A model generated the notes under the pieces. That model was not told the origin of the DNA and ran no database searches. It was given only the letters and a program-made list of their open reading frames with translations. Shown here piece by piece: positions 1 to 9,080 of a stretch of DNA of 20,000 nucleotides (the stretch's first letter is position 1; every line of letters begins with the position of its first letter). Position numbers and translations under genes: made by a program. Source of the DNA: an uncultured virus (IMG/VR IMGVR_UViG_3300032323_002211) (Duplodnaviria; Heunggongvirae; Uroviricota; Caudoviricetes). Where the stretch lies: IMG/VR virus record IMGVR_UViG_3300032323_002211, one strand, 5' to 3'.

Positions 1-24
1 AGCTTTAAGTTCCTGCTTTGTCAT
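1..24 (-). CDS. 5' end of a downstream gene running off the window (MTKQELKA...)
   Basis: ATG at 24-22, open to position 1, 37 bp after the stop of the 828-aa gene and preceded by a promoter-like TAAATTTA. Confidence 0.5.
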
Positions 25-61
25 TGTGGGTAAAATTTGTATGTAAATTTAGTAATATTTC

Positions 62-2548
62 TTATACCAATAACTTTAATGCCTCTAAAGTATCTTCAGC
101 GTCCTTATCACCCGTTTCAGCTAAGATTTCTAAAGCAGCTATTGTTTCTAGTATTTCCTCTCTAGTAGCCTCAGCTTCAGGTTCGGGTTCTATGTCTTCA
201 GGCTCAGGTACAACTATGGGGGGTGCAGGTTCTTCAACAATCGGAAGTACCGCCTTTTGCTCCTCTAGTTTGGTTTCCATTTCGTCTACAGAAGGCTCTA
301 CGACCTGAGCTACCAATTCGTCATTTTTAACGAAATCCACAACCTTTTCCCCACCTTTCTTTTTGTCCACAACCATACCTAGACCTGTTTCCCCGCTATT
401 TCCTTTGTAGTCTATGTATTGGTCTTCTCTAATATCAGAAGGTGGAACGAAGTTTCCTATATCATATTTTCTCTTAGCTACTTCAACTATTTTCTCCATG
501 AAAGTACCAATATATTCTAGCTCCTTTCCTGCAGGATAAGGTCTTTGGTAGCCTTCAGCAATAATGTCTTCCATAGGAATATCAGCAACTAGATAGTTAC
601 TTACCCTATCCGCATCAAATAGCTTTTTTAGAATCCATGTTTCCCATGAACGAGCAAATAGCTCCACAGCACTTGTCCAATATTTTGTTCTACGAACACC
701 ACCCACTATATATTTTTTATATGTAGATTTTGGGTCTAAATACACATATTGAAAGTAAGAATAAGCTGTTTTATGGTACAAATAGCTAGTTTTTAGCTTC
801 ATTGGTACTTCATAGCTTTCAAGTCCGAAATGCTTGATTACATAGCCAAATACCTTCACTTGACTAGAAAGTAGTGATTCATCCACTACTGCTAAATCGT
901 CAAGCCCATTTAACGTTTCCTCTATAGTAGCTTTGATTTCTACATCTTTAGTTCTATAACTTCCTCTAATGTAGTATTTGGGTGTTTCTTGACTTTCAAC
1001 AGCCATGAATTTCATAGGAAGTCTTGGTGTGTATAAGTCATTACCATTATAAATAAAACTAAAAAGCTCTTTAAAAAGAGTTTTCAATTCAGAATCAGGG
1101 CTGTAACCTTCAGAGGCAAACTGATTAGTTGCTCTTTGTTGGTCTAGCTCCACTATTACGTTGTCGAAGTAGTGACCCCATTCGTGAGCTACAGACCCAT
1201 CACCATTACTTTTCGTTAGGTTAATATCTTTTGTTTGAGGGAAATAGGCAGCAGCGTGTCCTTTGCGTCCTTTTGCCCCGAAAGCTATTTTTAACTTACC
1301 TAGCTGATTTGCTTTTTTGATGTCAATATTTATGATTTCAGCCATGTCGCTGATGGCAGCCAAGAAGTGTTTTGTATGCTCTTTACTCCATTTATCGTCT
1401 ACATATTGACCATAATTAACAGCAGCAAACCCAAACTTATTAACAACTTCTGCAGGTGTTATTTCAGGTATTTTATAACCCCCTGTTCTTTTAATGTAAG
1501 AAAGTGGAGCTTTTGTATTGATAGCCTGTTCTTTAGGAGCAGCAGTATCTTTCTTTGTTTCGTCCTTTGTTTCAGCCTTTTCAAACCATGACCAATTGTT
1601 AGGTCTAGGTGCTGCACTTAGTTGCTTTGTTGCATAACTCATTCTTGACCTTCTCAATTCATCTTCTGAGTATTTTATTAGAAAATCTCTGAATTTCTCT
1701 ATGTCAGCCTTATAAATTGATTGGTTGTATGGACTAATTCTCCAAGAAGTCTCCATAGTTAGTAAAAGCTGCTTTCTGTCCATTTCTTTATACCTAGCTA
1801 CTTTTTTCTGAAATGACTCGACAGCGTTCATTTCCCTTTCTTTAAGGGCATCAATAATCTCTTTTGATTTTTCTTCGCTTATAGGTTCTTTTTCATCTGC
1901 TTCAAGCCAAATAGCTGCTGCTGCATCACTACGTCTAAACAAAATGTTTTCAAATCTTGAACTAAAAAGCTCGTTTATGACCTTTCTAACAAGAGTGCTA
2001 CTACCATACATGAAAGCCAATCTTATGTTTCTATTCTGCTTGAGGGATTCTTCAATAGCTTTTTTTGTCACTTCGTCTGAAGTATCATAGTCGGGATTGA
2101 AAAATGTCATTATAACTTCGGGCATAGTCATATCCCTATAAAATTCAGAGAGCTTTCTAATATCTTCTACATTAAAACAGGCATCTAGCTTATTTTGAAG
2201 GTTCTCCAAAAAAAGTACATAGCTCCTTCTCATTCCCTTTTCGTCTTTAGGTCTTGTAGGAACAGCCTCCCTTAGCTTTACTTTTAGGAACGCTGCACCC
2301 GAAGTAACACCATTTTCCTTTTGAGCTTTTACGTCAATAGGTGACCAAACGTTGTCCTTTTTAACCATGTTGTATGCCATTACAGCATCGTCCTCTAAGT
2401 CAGTTAGGACTTTGGAATTGATTAATCTAAAGGCTGCCTTTTCCTTTTTAGTCTGTGCTACACGACCAATATCTTTGAACTCTCTATTAGATTGCTTTTC
2501 CTGTAGCCTTTGTTCTACCTGTTCCTTTATTTGATTTAAGTCAGCCAT
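62..2548 (-). CDS. Large polyvalent-type phage protein with LPD1-like zincin metallopeptidase domain
   Basis: 828-aa ORF. FGFAAVNYGQY...LKIAFGAKGRKGHAAAYFP...INLTKSNGDGSVAHEWGHYFD (HExxH at 1172-1186) plus a distal YWTSAVELFARSWE matches the LPD1 signature as I recall it. Ends in a Pro/Glu-rich linker and a short helical tail. Confidence 0.8.
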   Translation of the reverse strand: MADLNQIKEQVEQRLQEKQSNREFKDIGRVAQTKKEKAAFRLINSKVLTDLEDDAVMAYNMVKKDNVWSPIDVKAQKENGVTSGAAFLKVKLREAVPTRPKDEKGMRRSYVLFLENLQNKLDACFNVEDIRKLSEFYRDMTMPEVIMTFFNPDYDTSDEVTKKAIEESLKQNRNIRLAFMYGSSTLVRKVINELFSSRFENILFRRSDAAAAIWLEADEKEPISEEKSKEIIDALKEREMNAVESFQKKVARYKEMDRKQLLLTMETSWRISPYNQSIYKADIEKFRDFLIKYSEDELRRSRMSYATKQLSAAPRPNNWSWFEKAETKDETKKDTAAPKEQAINTKAPLSYIKRTGGYKIPEITPAEVVNKFGFAAVNYGQYVDDKWSKEHTKHFLAAISDMAEIINIDIKKANQLGKLKIAFGAKGRKGHAAAYFPQTKDINLTKSNGDGSVAHEWGHYFDNVIVELDQQRATNQFASEGYSPDSELKTLFKELFSFIYNGNDLYTPRLPMKFMAVESQETPKYYIRGSYRTKDVEIKATIEETLNGLDDLAVVDESLLSSQVKVFGYVIKHFGLESYEVPMKLKTSYLYHKTAYSYFQYVYLDPKSTYKKYIVGGVRRTKYWTSAVELFARSWETWILKKLFDADRVSNYLVADIPMEDIIAEGYQRPYPAGKELEYIGTFMEKIVEVAKRKYDIGNFVPPSDIREDQYIDYKGNSGETGLGMVVDKKKGGEKVVDFVKNDELVAQVVEPSVDEMETKLEEQKAVLPIVEEPAPPIVVPEPEDIEPEPEAEATREEILETIAALEILAETGDKDAEDTLEALKLLV

Positions 2549-2550
2549 GA

Positions 2551-5500
2551 TTATTTGAAATTAGATTTACCAAATTGTGATTGCATAATTTTAGCGTCTT
2601 CGTCTTCGTCACCATCAATAAAACCACCCATAGCATAGCTTTTTTGAGGTAATTTGTTCTTTACAAGTGCTATTGCAGGTTCTAGTTCCCTTTCTGTGCT
2701 AATATTTTTGATTGAAATTGATTTGTCTTTGAAGTATTTACTTAATTCCTCAAAAGTAAGGTGTTTATCCTCCATTTTAGACTGAAGCGGACTTTTAGGC
2801 TTGTTTACAAGGTTTACTCCGTCATCTGAAAAAGATACCACTTCCCATTGGTCATTACCACCACTTGAATAGACTATTGTACCTACAGCTAACATAGGCA
2901 TACCATCTGAAAGACCTAAATCGTCTGCAGTAATGTAATGCTCTTCTACCATCATTTCCTCCATTACAGGCTCTAATTCAACTTCAACCTCAACTTCTAT
3001 TTTAGGGAATAAATGGCTTTTAAGTTCTGTTTGGTAGTCGGTTTCCCCGCCTTCAGCCATTTTTCCACCTTTACCAAATTTTGCGACTTTCTTTAATTTA
3101 ATTGAATATTGTGCTTGTCCTGTATTTTGGTTGTATTCCATATTTACTGAATCGGCATCGAAAAATTCAGCACTTGAAGTAGCCTCTTTATGTAATTTTT
3201 CAGCCATGCCTGTCGTATAATTCTCATCAAGTCCAATAATTAAAGAGTTTGAATCTTCGTCAATATAATAAAACTTTATAGGCTGTACCTTCTTTATAAA
3301 TATTTCTATTTTTTGAGCTAAAAGTTGATTTGTTAATGAATGTAAATCACCTGTTATTCCACCTTCAGCCATAGAGTGTTTACAACCGCATGAGCTAACT
3401 ATTTCATGGTCTTTCATCATTTTACCACCATACTTGTATTCTTTCCCACTTGTATAAATACTTTCAGGAATATCCCCGCCATCAGCAAAAGAGACACCCC
3501 CACCGCTTTCATTGATTTTTGAAAGGATTTCCCTGTTGGTCATCATTTTGCCTTCAAACTCACGCTTTTGATTGTCAGATACGGCATTACGGGTAATAAC
3601 CACCTCACCCCCCTCCATTTCTAAAGGTTGGTTAGTTGATTTGTTTACAGCTTTGATACCGCCTTCGCTATGTCTTTTACCAACTAAAACACCGCCAACG
3701 TTACCGCTGCCATGTGAGAAGTAGTCTTTTACGTTTTTATCGTCAGGGTTTATTTCGCCACCTGCTTTATAGTAACCACCTTTTTCCATTTTGTTGTTTT
3801 TATGTTTTCTGACCATAAAGCCATTTGGCAATAATTCAAAGCCAAACTTCTCATAGTAAGATATTAGGTATTCTCTAGTTATTTTTTCCTTTTTAGAGCT
3901 ATCCTTTATATGATTGTGTCTAGGTATCGGCTCTAAATAAACATCTATTTCGTTCTTATCTGCTAATTCTAAAAGCTCCTTTAGTTTTTCTTTACCATCT
4001 ACACTTTCGTCCCTTTTCTCAAAAACGTCCAAAATCACATGATTATCCTCACTTGACATTTTACTGAACTCGTTTGGTACTGATACCATAATGGTCATCT
4101 TATCCGATACACCATTTTTGTACCAATCTTGGTATTGTTTGTAAAACTCTGTAATACCCCCCTGAGCCATTTTATTTTGGCTTTCCATGTATTCTAGTTT
4201 CTCATAGTAGTCAATCATTTCGTCTAAATGCTGTAAAGCAATAGTTTCTTGAACGGTTGGGTTATCTGAGTGTTCTGATTCTGTTTTCATGCCCTTTCTG
4301 AGCTGCTCTTCGGCATAATCTAAAGGAACATCCTTTTCTTTGGCTATTTGTTCAATAGTCTTTGAAGGCTTAAATAACTCAAGACCTAACTCCATTTTGA
4401 TTAAATCGTGCTGAGAAGGAATGGCTAAAGTACCCCCATCAGCGTAATTATCTTTTATAAAAACAGCCTCTTGGTTATCAAATTCCTCTTTTAGAATGTC
4501 TTTTCTTGACCTTGACTCAGATATAGTACCATACTTTTTATCTAATTGCTTGAAATAGATATAATTACCATCGTCTTTTCTGTCCTTGTATGTGATTGTA
4601 TCATTCTTATTTACAATCGTATTTATGTATTTACGATTGTCTTGAACAAACTCGAATTTAAGACCTTCTTTGAAAAAAGAGCTATCCTTTTTCCATAAAA
4701 CAACACTAAAGTCATCTACTACTTCTAGCTCTTCGCCTACTTTGTCCCCTACTTTAATAGTTCCATTAAAAGATATTTCAGTTAAATCAGGATTGTCTTT
4801 AATGATTTCGAGAACCTTTCTTTGACTTGGATTTTTAGATTCAATAAATTCAGAATCCCTTTCAGATTCTTTTTTGTAAGAATAACCATCATTTCTTGCT
4901 ACAACAATTTTAGACCCCAACTTATACCATTCTGCTATTTTCTTTTCTCTTTCCTTCCTTACTGATTCAATTAGATTTTCAGTTGGACTTACAATTAAAC
5001 CACCATCTGCATACATTTTCGGGTTGCTTAGGTAATATATCGCAACTTCTTTGGCTGCTTTTAGTGTTTTGTAGCCACCAATAGTCTTTTGTGGCTTACC
5101 ATCATGCTGCATATTTAATATCCACAATTTGTCAAGTTTGCTGTAATGTATACTTGCATCTTTGTATTTGTATTCAGTATCTTCAAAAGATTCATCTATA
5201 CCCAAATATTCTTTTTTTATTCTCTTAAAATCATCTGCTGCACCACCATCTGCCATAAATCCTATTGGCTCAGAGTCATAAAATGTTCTGTTATCAAACC
5301 CGCATTTGTGACAAATGTATTTATCAGATTCATCAGAATCAGAGGTGTTCCAATGCCATCCACAATTAACGCAAGTGATTTCTTGACCTACAGAACCGCC
5401 ATCAGCCATCTTATCTGAGCTGAAGTTTTGCATAATTTCGTAATAGCCCTTAATCTTTGTACCATCTGCAAGGGTTGCATTTTCTAAATGAGTTATATAT

Positions 5501-7560
5501 CTATAGTGAAAAGAAACTATGTTATACCCCGCTGCAGGTATGGCTTCAGTAACAAAATCAAAATAACTGCCATCGGCAAAATTAAATCTGTAACGTCCCT
5601 CAAATCCTTTTTTACCAACTTTTAGACTTTCTCTACTTACATCAGATATTGGCTTACTAACTCTAGGGAAGTTATCCAATACAGCCTTCAAAAATCTGTA
5701 TTTCAAAGACTCAGCATAGTCTAAAATGATTTTATCCATTATAGGCTTATAATCAGATTTTAGCTCTAAGTCTTTATAGAAATTTTCAATTATTGGATAA
5801 CCTCTATAGTCCTTAGTTTTAACTATTCTTGGCTGACTTTCAATAAAAATGTCTCTCCAAAATACTATTGCTGTTTGTAACTTTTCTAAGTTTACCCCAC
5901 CTTCTTTTTGACTTAGCTCAATATATTCTTTTATCAAACCTTCAAATCTCTCAGTTTCTCTTTCAATTACAATCTTTTCAACGTCCTTAAAGTCTTCAAA
6001 AAGCTGCTTATATAGTGATTTGAATACATCTTGATTCATTTTTGGTATCTTGGAAAGTATTTCATCCATTTGCTTTTTTGCCTCTTTTTTGAGGTTACTT
6101 TCCTGTGAGAATACCTTTTTTGGAACTTTTATTCCATGCTCTTCTGCTATCTTTATTACTTCGTCTTCTGTAATTTCCCCATTTTCTAGAAGTTTTTTAT
6201 AAGTGTCATCTTCTATAGCCCTTCTTATTTCAGGCTTATTTGACTTTTTGTATTCAGAATCTAGATTATCAAAAATTACTTTATCTGCAAAAAACTTGTT
6301 TAAATCTTTGAAAAAGGAAACATTTTTTTCTAGTATGTCTTTGGGGGTTGGTTTAGGTATTTCCATTTTCTCATCAGCATATCTACTGAATTTTATATAA
6401 TTCCACTTTTTAATTGCCCCTTTCTCACTATCAGTATCAAAACGTCTTCCTGTGTTTTTTCCTTCTAAAGCTCTACTTAATACCTGCTCGTATGTTGTCT
6501 TGTAAAGACCGCTGTAACTTGTATTTGCTAAATACTCACTATTTTTTCTAGTGAATTTCTCATATTCTTTTAAAAGTGGAATAACCCTGTCCTCATACTC
6601 TGATTTAGTCATTAAGTATGCAGGTTTACTAGTATCGTCAGTTTTAGCAGCCTCTATCTTTTGTGCGTCTATAATCTTTTGTTTTTCCCTCTTTATCTTA
6701 TTTTCAAGGTCTCTTGCCTTTTTTCTTTCCTTTTCAGCAGCAGCTCCTCTATTGTATTTTTCATAATCTTCTTTAGCTCTCTCTCGTCCGAAATCGGAGT
6801 CATCATAAACTACATAACCATAATATTCTTTGGGCATTTTGTTGTACCTAAGTCTATAACCTAAAAGTCCTTCTTTTGTCAAATCTTCAGATTCTTCCCT
6901 ACCTAAATCATTTGTGGATGTATAAACACCAACAATCGTATAAGCCTCTTTGCTTTTCTTGGTTTCGCCACCATCGGCTAGTTTTGAATCAGATAACATT
7001 TTTTCGTATTGTTTTTTTGTAACTAAATTATACCCCCACCTTTTAGCCATATCCTTTACTACACTTAACCTTTTATCACCATCAACATTGTAGTAATTAT
7101 TGTCCCCATCTTTAGTAATTAACCAATAAAAACCACCTTCCCATTTTTCAATAAAGGCAAACTTTTTTACATCACCTCCATCAGCCATTAAGTCATCGTC
7201 CTGAACGTATGCAGCTTTAACCTGCTGACCTGCCTTCTTTTTAAGGAATTTATTTACTCTAGCAAAGCCCCATGCTTGTCTGCTATTTGGAGCTCCACCT
7301 GTAATTGTAGGTCTGTGAGAAGTAGAATAAGCACCCATACCCCTACGCATAACTGCTTTTAGGGTTGCAACGCTTACTTTATTTTTTGGGTGACTTTCGT
7401 TGTAATCTTTTGCCTTTTGGCTTAAAGTGGCTAGTATGCTTTCATTTAGCTCAATCCCTTTGGCTGAGGCTTTAGAACTAGCACTTCCGACCTTGTTTTT
7501 GTCAGAGCCATAAATTCTGTCCTTTTTAGGAGCAGGGGTTTTTGATAGGCTTTTCGGCAT
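2551..7560 (-). CDS. Large modular (polyvalent/polyprotein-like) protein with about 15 MADGG-like motifs; DUF5824-like N-terminus, Zn ribbon, DUF5661-like and GNAT-like modules
   Basis: 1669-aa ORF. N-terminal LKAVMRRGMGAYSTSHRP...QAWGFARVNKFL; CVNC...CHKC; QLRKGMKTESEH...IALQHLDEMIDYYEKL; LLELADKNEIDVYLE...LISYYEKFGF; GKRHSEGGI...EMEGGEVVI. Confidence 0.75.
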   Translation of the reverse strand: MPKSLSKTPAPKKDRIYGSDKNKVGSASSKASAKGIELNESILATLSQKAKDYNESHPKNKVSVATLKAVMRRGMGAYSTSHRPTITGGAPNSRQAWGFARVNKFLKKKAGQQVKAAYVQDDDLMADGGDVKKFAFIEKWEGGFYWLITKDGDNNYYNVDGDKRLSVVKDMAKRWGYNLVTKKQYEKMLSDSKLADGGETKKSKEAYTIVGVYTSTNDLGREESEDLTKEGLLGYRLRYNKMPKEYYGYVVYDDSDFGRERAKEDYEKYNRGAAAEKERKKARDLENKIKREKQKIIDAQKIEAAKTDDTSKPAYLMTKSEYEDRVIPLLKEYEKFTRKNSEYLANTSYSGLYKTTYEQVLSRALEGKNTGRRFDTDSEKGAIKKWNYIKFSRYADEKMEIPKPTPKDILEKNVSFFKDLNKFFADKVIFDNLDSEYKKSNKPEIRRAIEDDTYKKLLENGEITEDEVIKIAEEHGIKVPKKVFSQESNLKKEAKKQMDEILSKIPKMNQDVFKSLYKQLFEDFKDVEKIVIERETERFEGLIKEYIELSQKEGGVNLEKLQTAIVFWRDIFIESQPRIVKTKDYRGYPIIENFYKDLELKSDYKPIMDKIILDYAESLKYRFLKAVLDNFPRVSKPISDVSRESLKVGKKGFEGRYRFNFADGSYFDFVTEAIPAAGYNIVSFHYRYITHLENATLADGTKIKGYYEIMQNFSSDKMADGGSVGQEITCVNCGWHWNTSDSDESDKYICHKCGFDNRTFYDSEPIGFMADGGAADDFKRIKKEYLGIDESFEDTEYKYKDASIHYSKLDKLWILNMQHDGKPQKTIGGYKTLKAAKEVAIYYLSNPKMYADGGLIVSPTENLIESVRKEREKKIAEWYKLGSKIVVARNDGYSYKKESERDSEFIESKNPSQRKVLEIIKDNPDLTEISFNGTIKVGDKVGEELEVVDDFSVVLWKKDSSFFKEGLKFEFVQDNRKYINTIVNKNDTITYKDRKDDGNYIYFKQLDKKYGTISESRSRKDILKEEFDNQEAVFIKDNYADGGTLAIPSQHDLIKMELGLELFKPSKTIEQIAKEKDVPLDYAEEQLRKGMKTESEHSDNPTVQETIALQHLDEMIDYYEKLEYMESQNKMAQGGITEFYKQYQDWYKNGVSDKMTIMVSVPNEFSKMSSEDNHVILDVFEKRDESVDGKEKLKELLELADKNEIDVYLEPIPRHNHIKDSSKKEKITREYLISYYEKFGFELLPNGFMVRKHKNNKMEKGGYYKAGGEINPDDKNVKDYFSHGSGNVGGVLVGKRHSEGGIKAVNKSTNQPLEMEGGEVVITRNAVSDNQKREFEGKMMTNREILSKINESGGGVSFADGGDIPESIYTSGKEYKYGGKMMKDHEIVSSCGCKHSMAEGGITGDLHSLTNQLLAQKIEIFIKKVQPIKFYYIDEDSNSLIIGLDENYTTGMAEKLHKEATSSAEFFDADSVNMEYNQNTGQAQYSIKLKKVAKFGKGGKMAEGGETDYQTELKSHLFPKIEVEVEVELEPVMEEMMVEEHYITADDLGLSDGMPMLAVGTIVYSSGGNDQWEVVSFSDDGVNLVNKPKSPLQSKMEDKHLTFEELSKYFKDKSISIKNISTERELEPAIALVKNKLPQKSYAMGGFIDGDEDEDAKIMQSQFGKSNFK

Positions 7561-7593
7561 TGAAAAAACTTTTTTTGAAAAATAAGTAAAAAA

Positions 7594-7620
7594 TTTGTAT
7601 AAAATTAGTACTTATATTTG
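7594..7620 (+). promoter_or_regulatory. Bacteroidota -7 promoter element for the small + strand ORF
   Basis: Perfect TAnnTTTG (TATATTTG, 7613-7620), 36 nt upstream of ATG 7657. TTTG at 7594-7597, but its spacer is short (15 nt). Confidence 0.45.
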
Positions 7621-7628
7621 TATCTCAA
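7600..7628 (-). promoter_or_regulatory. Bacteroidota sigmaA-like promoter for the 1669-aa gene
   Basis: Minus strand TTG (7628-7626) - 18 nt - TAATTTTA (7607-7600), resembling TTG-N~19-TAnnTTTG. The same spacing occurs at 19709-19737. Confidence 0.5.
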
Positions 7629-7656
7629 TATTTTTTAACCCCAAAATTCAAAAATC

Positions 7657-7773
7657 ATGTTTCAAGGATTTTTCGACATTAAAAGCGACAAGTGGCTTGG
7701 TGGTGTTAATGTACACAATACATTAGCTCTAATCGGCATTGGCTACCTAGTAGTTAAGGCTTGGAAAAAGTAA
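7657..7773 (+). CDS. Small single-pass membrane protein, 38 aa (MFQGFFDIKSDKWLGGVNVHNTLALIGIGYLVVKAWKK)
   Basis: Translated by hand; below the ORF-track cutoff. A-rich leader AAAAATCATG, upstream TAnnTTTG and downstream terminator. Hydrophobic stretch followed by KAWKK. Confidence 0.7.
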   Translation: MFQGFFDIKSDKWLGGVNVHNTLALIGIGYLVVKAWKK

Positions 7774-7803
7774 TTGCTCCCCTGTGGGGGCTGACTTTCG
7801 CAG

Positions 7804-7843
7804 AATAGACCCGTTTTTCGAGAGATTGACGGGTTTATTTTTT
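7804..7843. terminator. Probable bidirectional intrinsic terminator between convergent genes
   Basis: AATAGACCCGT (7804-7814) pairs with ACGGGTTTATT (7829-7839), followed by a T tract. Lies between the stop of the 38-aa ORF and the stop of the GT4 gene. Confidence 0.65.
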
Positions 7844-9065
7844 ACCCTAACCTCTTAATATCGTCTGAGAATCCTTTTGATATTGAATGCCAATCTAGAC
7901 TCTTAACATATTTCAAAGCCTTTTCTTTTATCAATTTTTGGTCTAGTGCATTACTACGCTTATCCTTATCTACCTGACTAATCACTTCGGCTATTTCATA
8001 GATATTACACTTCCAACGTATGATATTATCAATATTGTGAACGTCAGGTGATAGCTCCTCCAAATAATAGCACCTCTCACCACTCTTACCCCCCAATTCT
8101 CCAAACGAAGTGTGTCTAGGCATAATTACGGGTGTACAAGTTGCCATAGCCTCCGTAACTGTAAGTTCCCAACCACCACCTGTTGCTGTGGTAATAAAGC
8201 AATCTGAGGCATTATATATCTTATTAAGGGTTTCTACACTAGCTCCTTTATTGTAATCTTCTTCAGAAGGAAACATATAATCTACACCCTCTACAAGTGG
8301 AGTTTGCTGCATTACCCTCTTTAAGTCCCAACCTAAAGGGTCTTTCGGGTTCATGTGCAAATACAAAAATGAGTTTTCGTTAAATTGCTTCTTATACTCC
8401 AAAAAGCCAAATATAGTTGTAGGTATATCCTTTCTAGGTTGATTTCTATTGATATTCGTAACAATAAACTTATCAGAATTGCTACCAAAATATTCTTTTC
8501 TAAACGAGTTATCTAGTATCGGAAAGAAGTCTTTGGTATTCGTACCATGTGGAACAACCTTAACTTTCCCCTGCAAATCAGGTCTTTGAATCAGAACTTC
8601 TTTACGTCCAAATTCTGTGTAAGTAGCTAAAACGTCAAAAAACTCAAGCCCAACACATAGGTTTGGTACAAGTGTAGAGTCAATAGGAAAATACAATATT
8701 GATTTGAAATTAGGCTTATTAGCTAGTCTCTTTTCCTCTTTGAACTTCTTCAAGTGAGGCACTAAACCAATAGTTACACCCAAGTCCTGAAGTATAAATA
8801 ATACGTCATAGTCATTATCAAGTACTGATTTAAGGAATGTATATCTACCGAAATCGTCCTTTTGATTATCTGTAAGTTTAGCTGAAATGATACGAGTTCC
8901 GTCCTCTTCTGTATACGGGTCTCCAAAGTAATTAATGGCTACAATATCGAATTGAGCCTGAGCTCCTAATTGCTTTTTCCAATTCTGCATTAAATTCTTT
9001 GATACAGATGCAAAGCCCGTAAAACAGTTGTAATCAAAAAGGCAAAGTACTTTAATTTGTTTCAT
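7842..9065 (-). CDS. GT-B fold glycosyltransferase (GT4-like)
   Basis: 407 aa. TGFASVS N-terminal motif, VVPHG, NINRNQPRKD, and IYNASDCFITTATGGGWELTVTEAMATCTPVI (ExxxxxxxE-like motif, first Glu replaced by Gly). Confidence 0.88.
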   Translation of the reverse strand: MKQIKVLCLFDYNCFTGFASVSKNLMQNWKKQLGAQAQFDIVAINYFGDPYTEEDGTRIISAKLTDNQKDDFGRYTFLKSVLDNDYDVLFILQDLGVTIGLVPHLKKFKEEKRLANKPNFKSILYFPIDSTLVPNLCVGLEFFDVLATYTEFGRKEVLIQRPDLQGKVKVVPHGTNTKDFFPILDNSFRKEYFGSNSDKFIVTNINRNQPRKDIPTTIFGFLEYKKQFNENSFLYLHMNPKDPLGWDLKRVMQQTPLVEGVDYMFPSEEDYNKGASVETLNKIYNASDCFITTATGGGWELTVTEAMATCTPVIMPRHTSFGELGGKSGERCYYLEELSPDVHNIDNIIRWKCNIYEIAEVISQVDKDKRSNALDQKLIKEKALKYVKSLDWHSISKGFSDDIKRLG

Positions 9066-9080
9066 GGTTATCTTTTATTA

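Noticed and set aside
5455..5583. FADGS and LADGT as extra GG motifs
   Set aside because: They lack the second Gly and look like beta-turns within a folded domain, so they were not counted.
18..6864. + strand ORFs at 18, 1367, 2352, 5146, 6203, 6551 and 6661
   Set aside because: Antisense shadows of the two large genes, with Ser/Phe/Leu-rich composition mirroring Lys/Glu codons.
7774..7843. tRNA or known ncRNA in the GC-richer intergenic patch
   Set aside because: No cloverleaf or T-loop GTTC consensus. The terminator plus small hairpins explain it.
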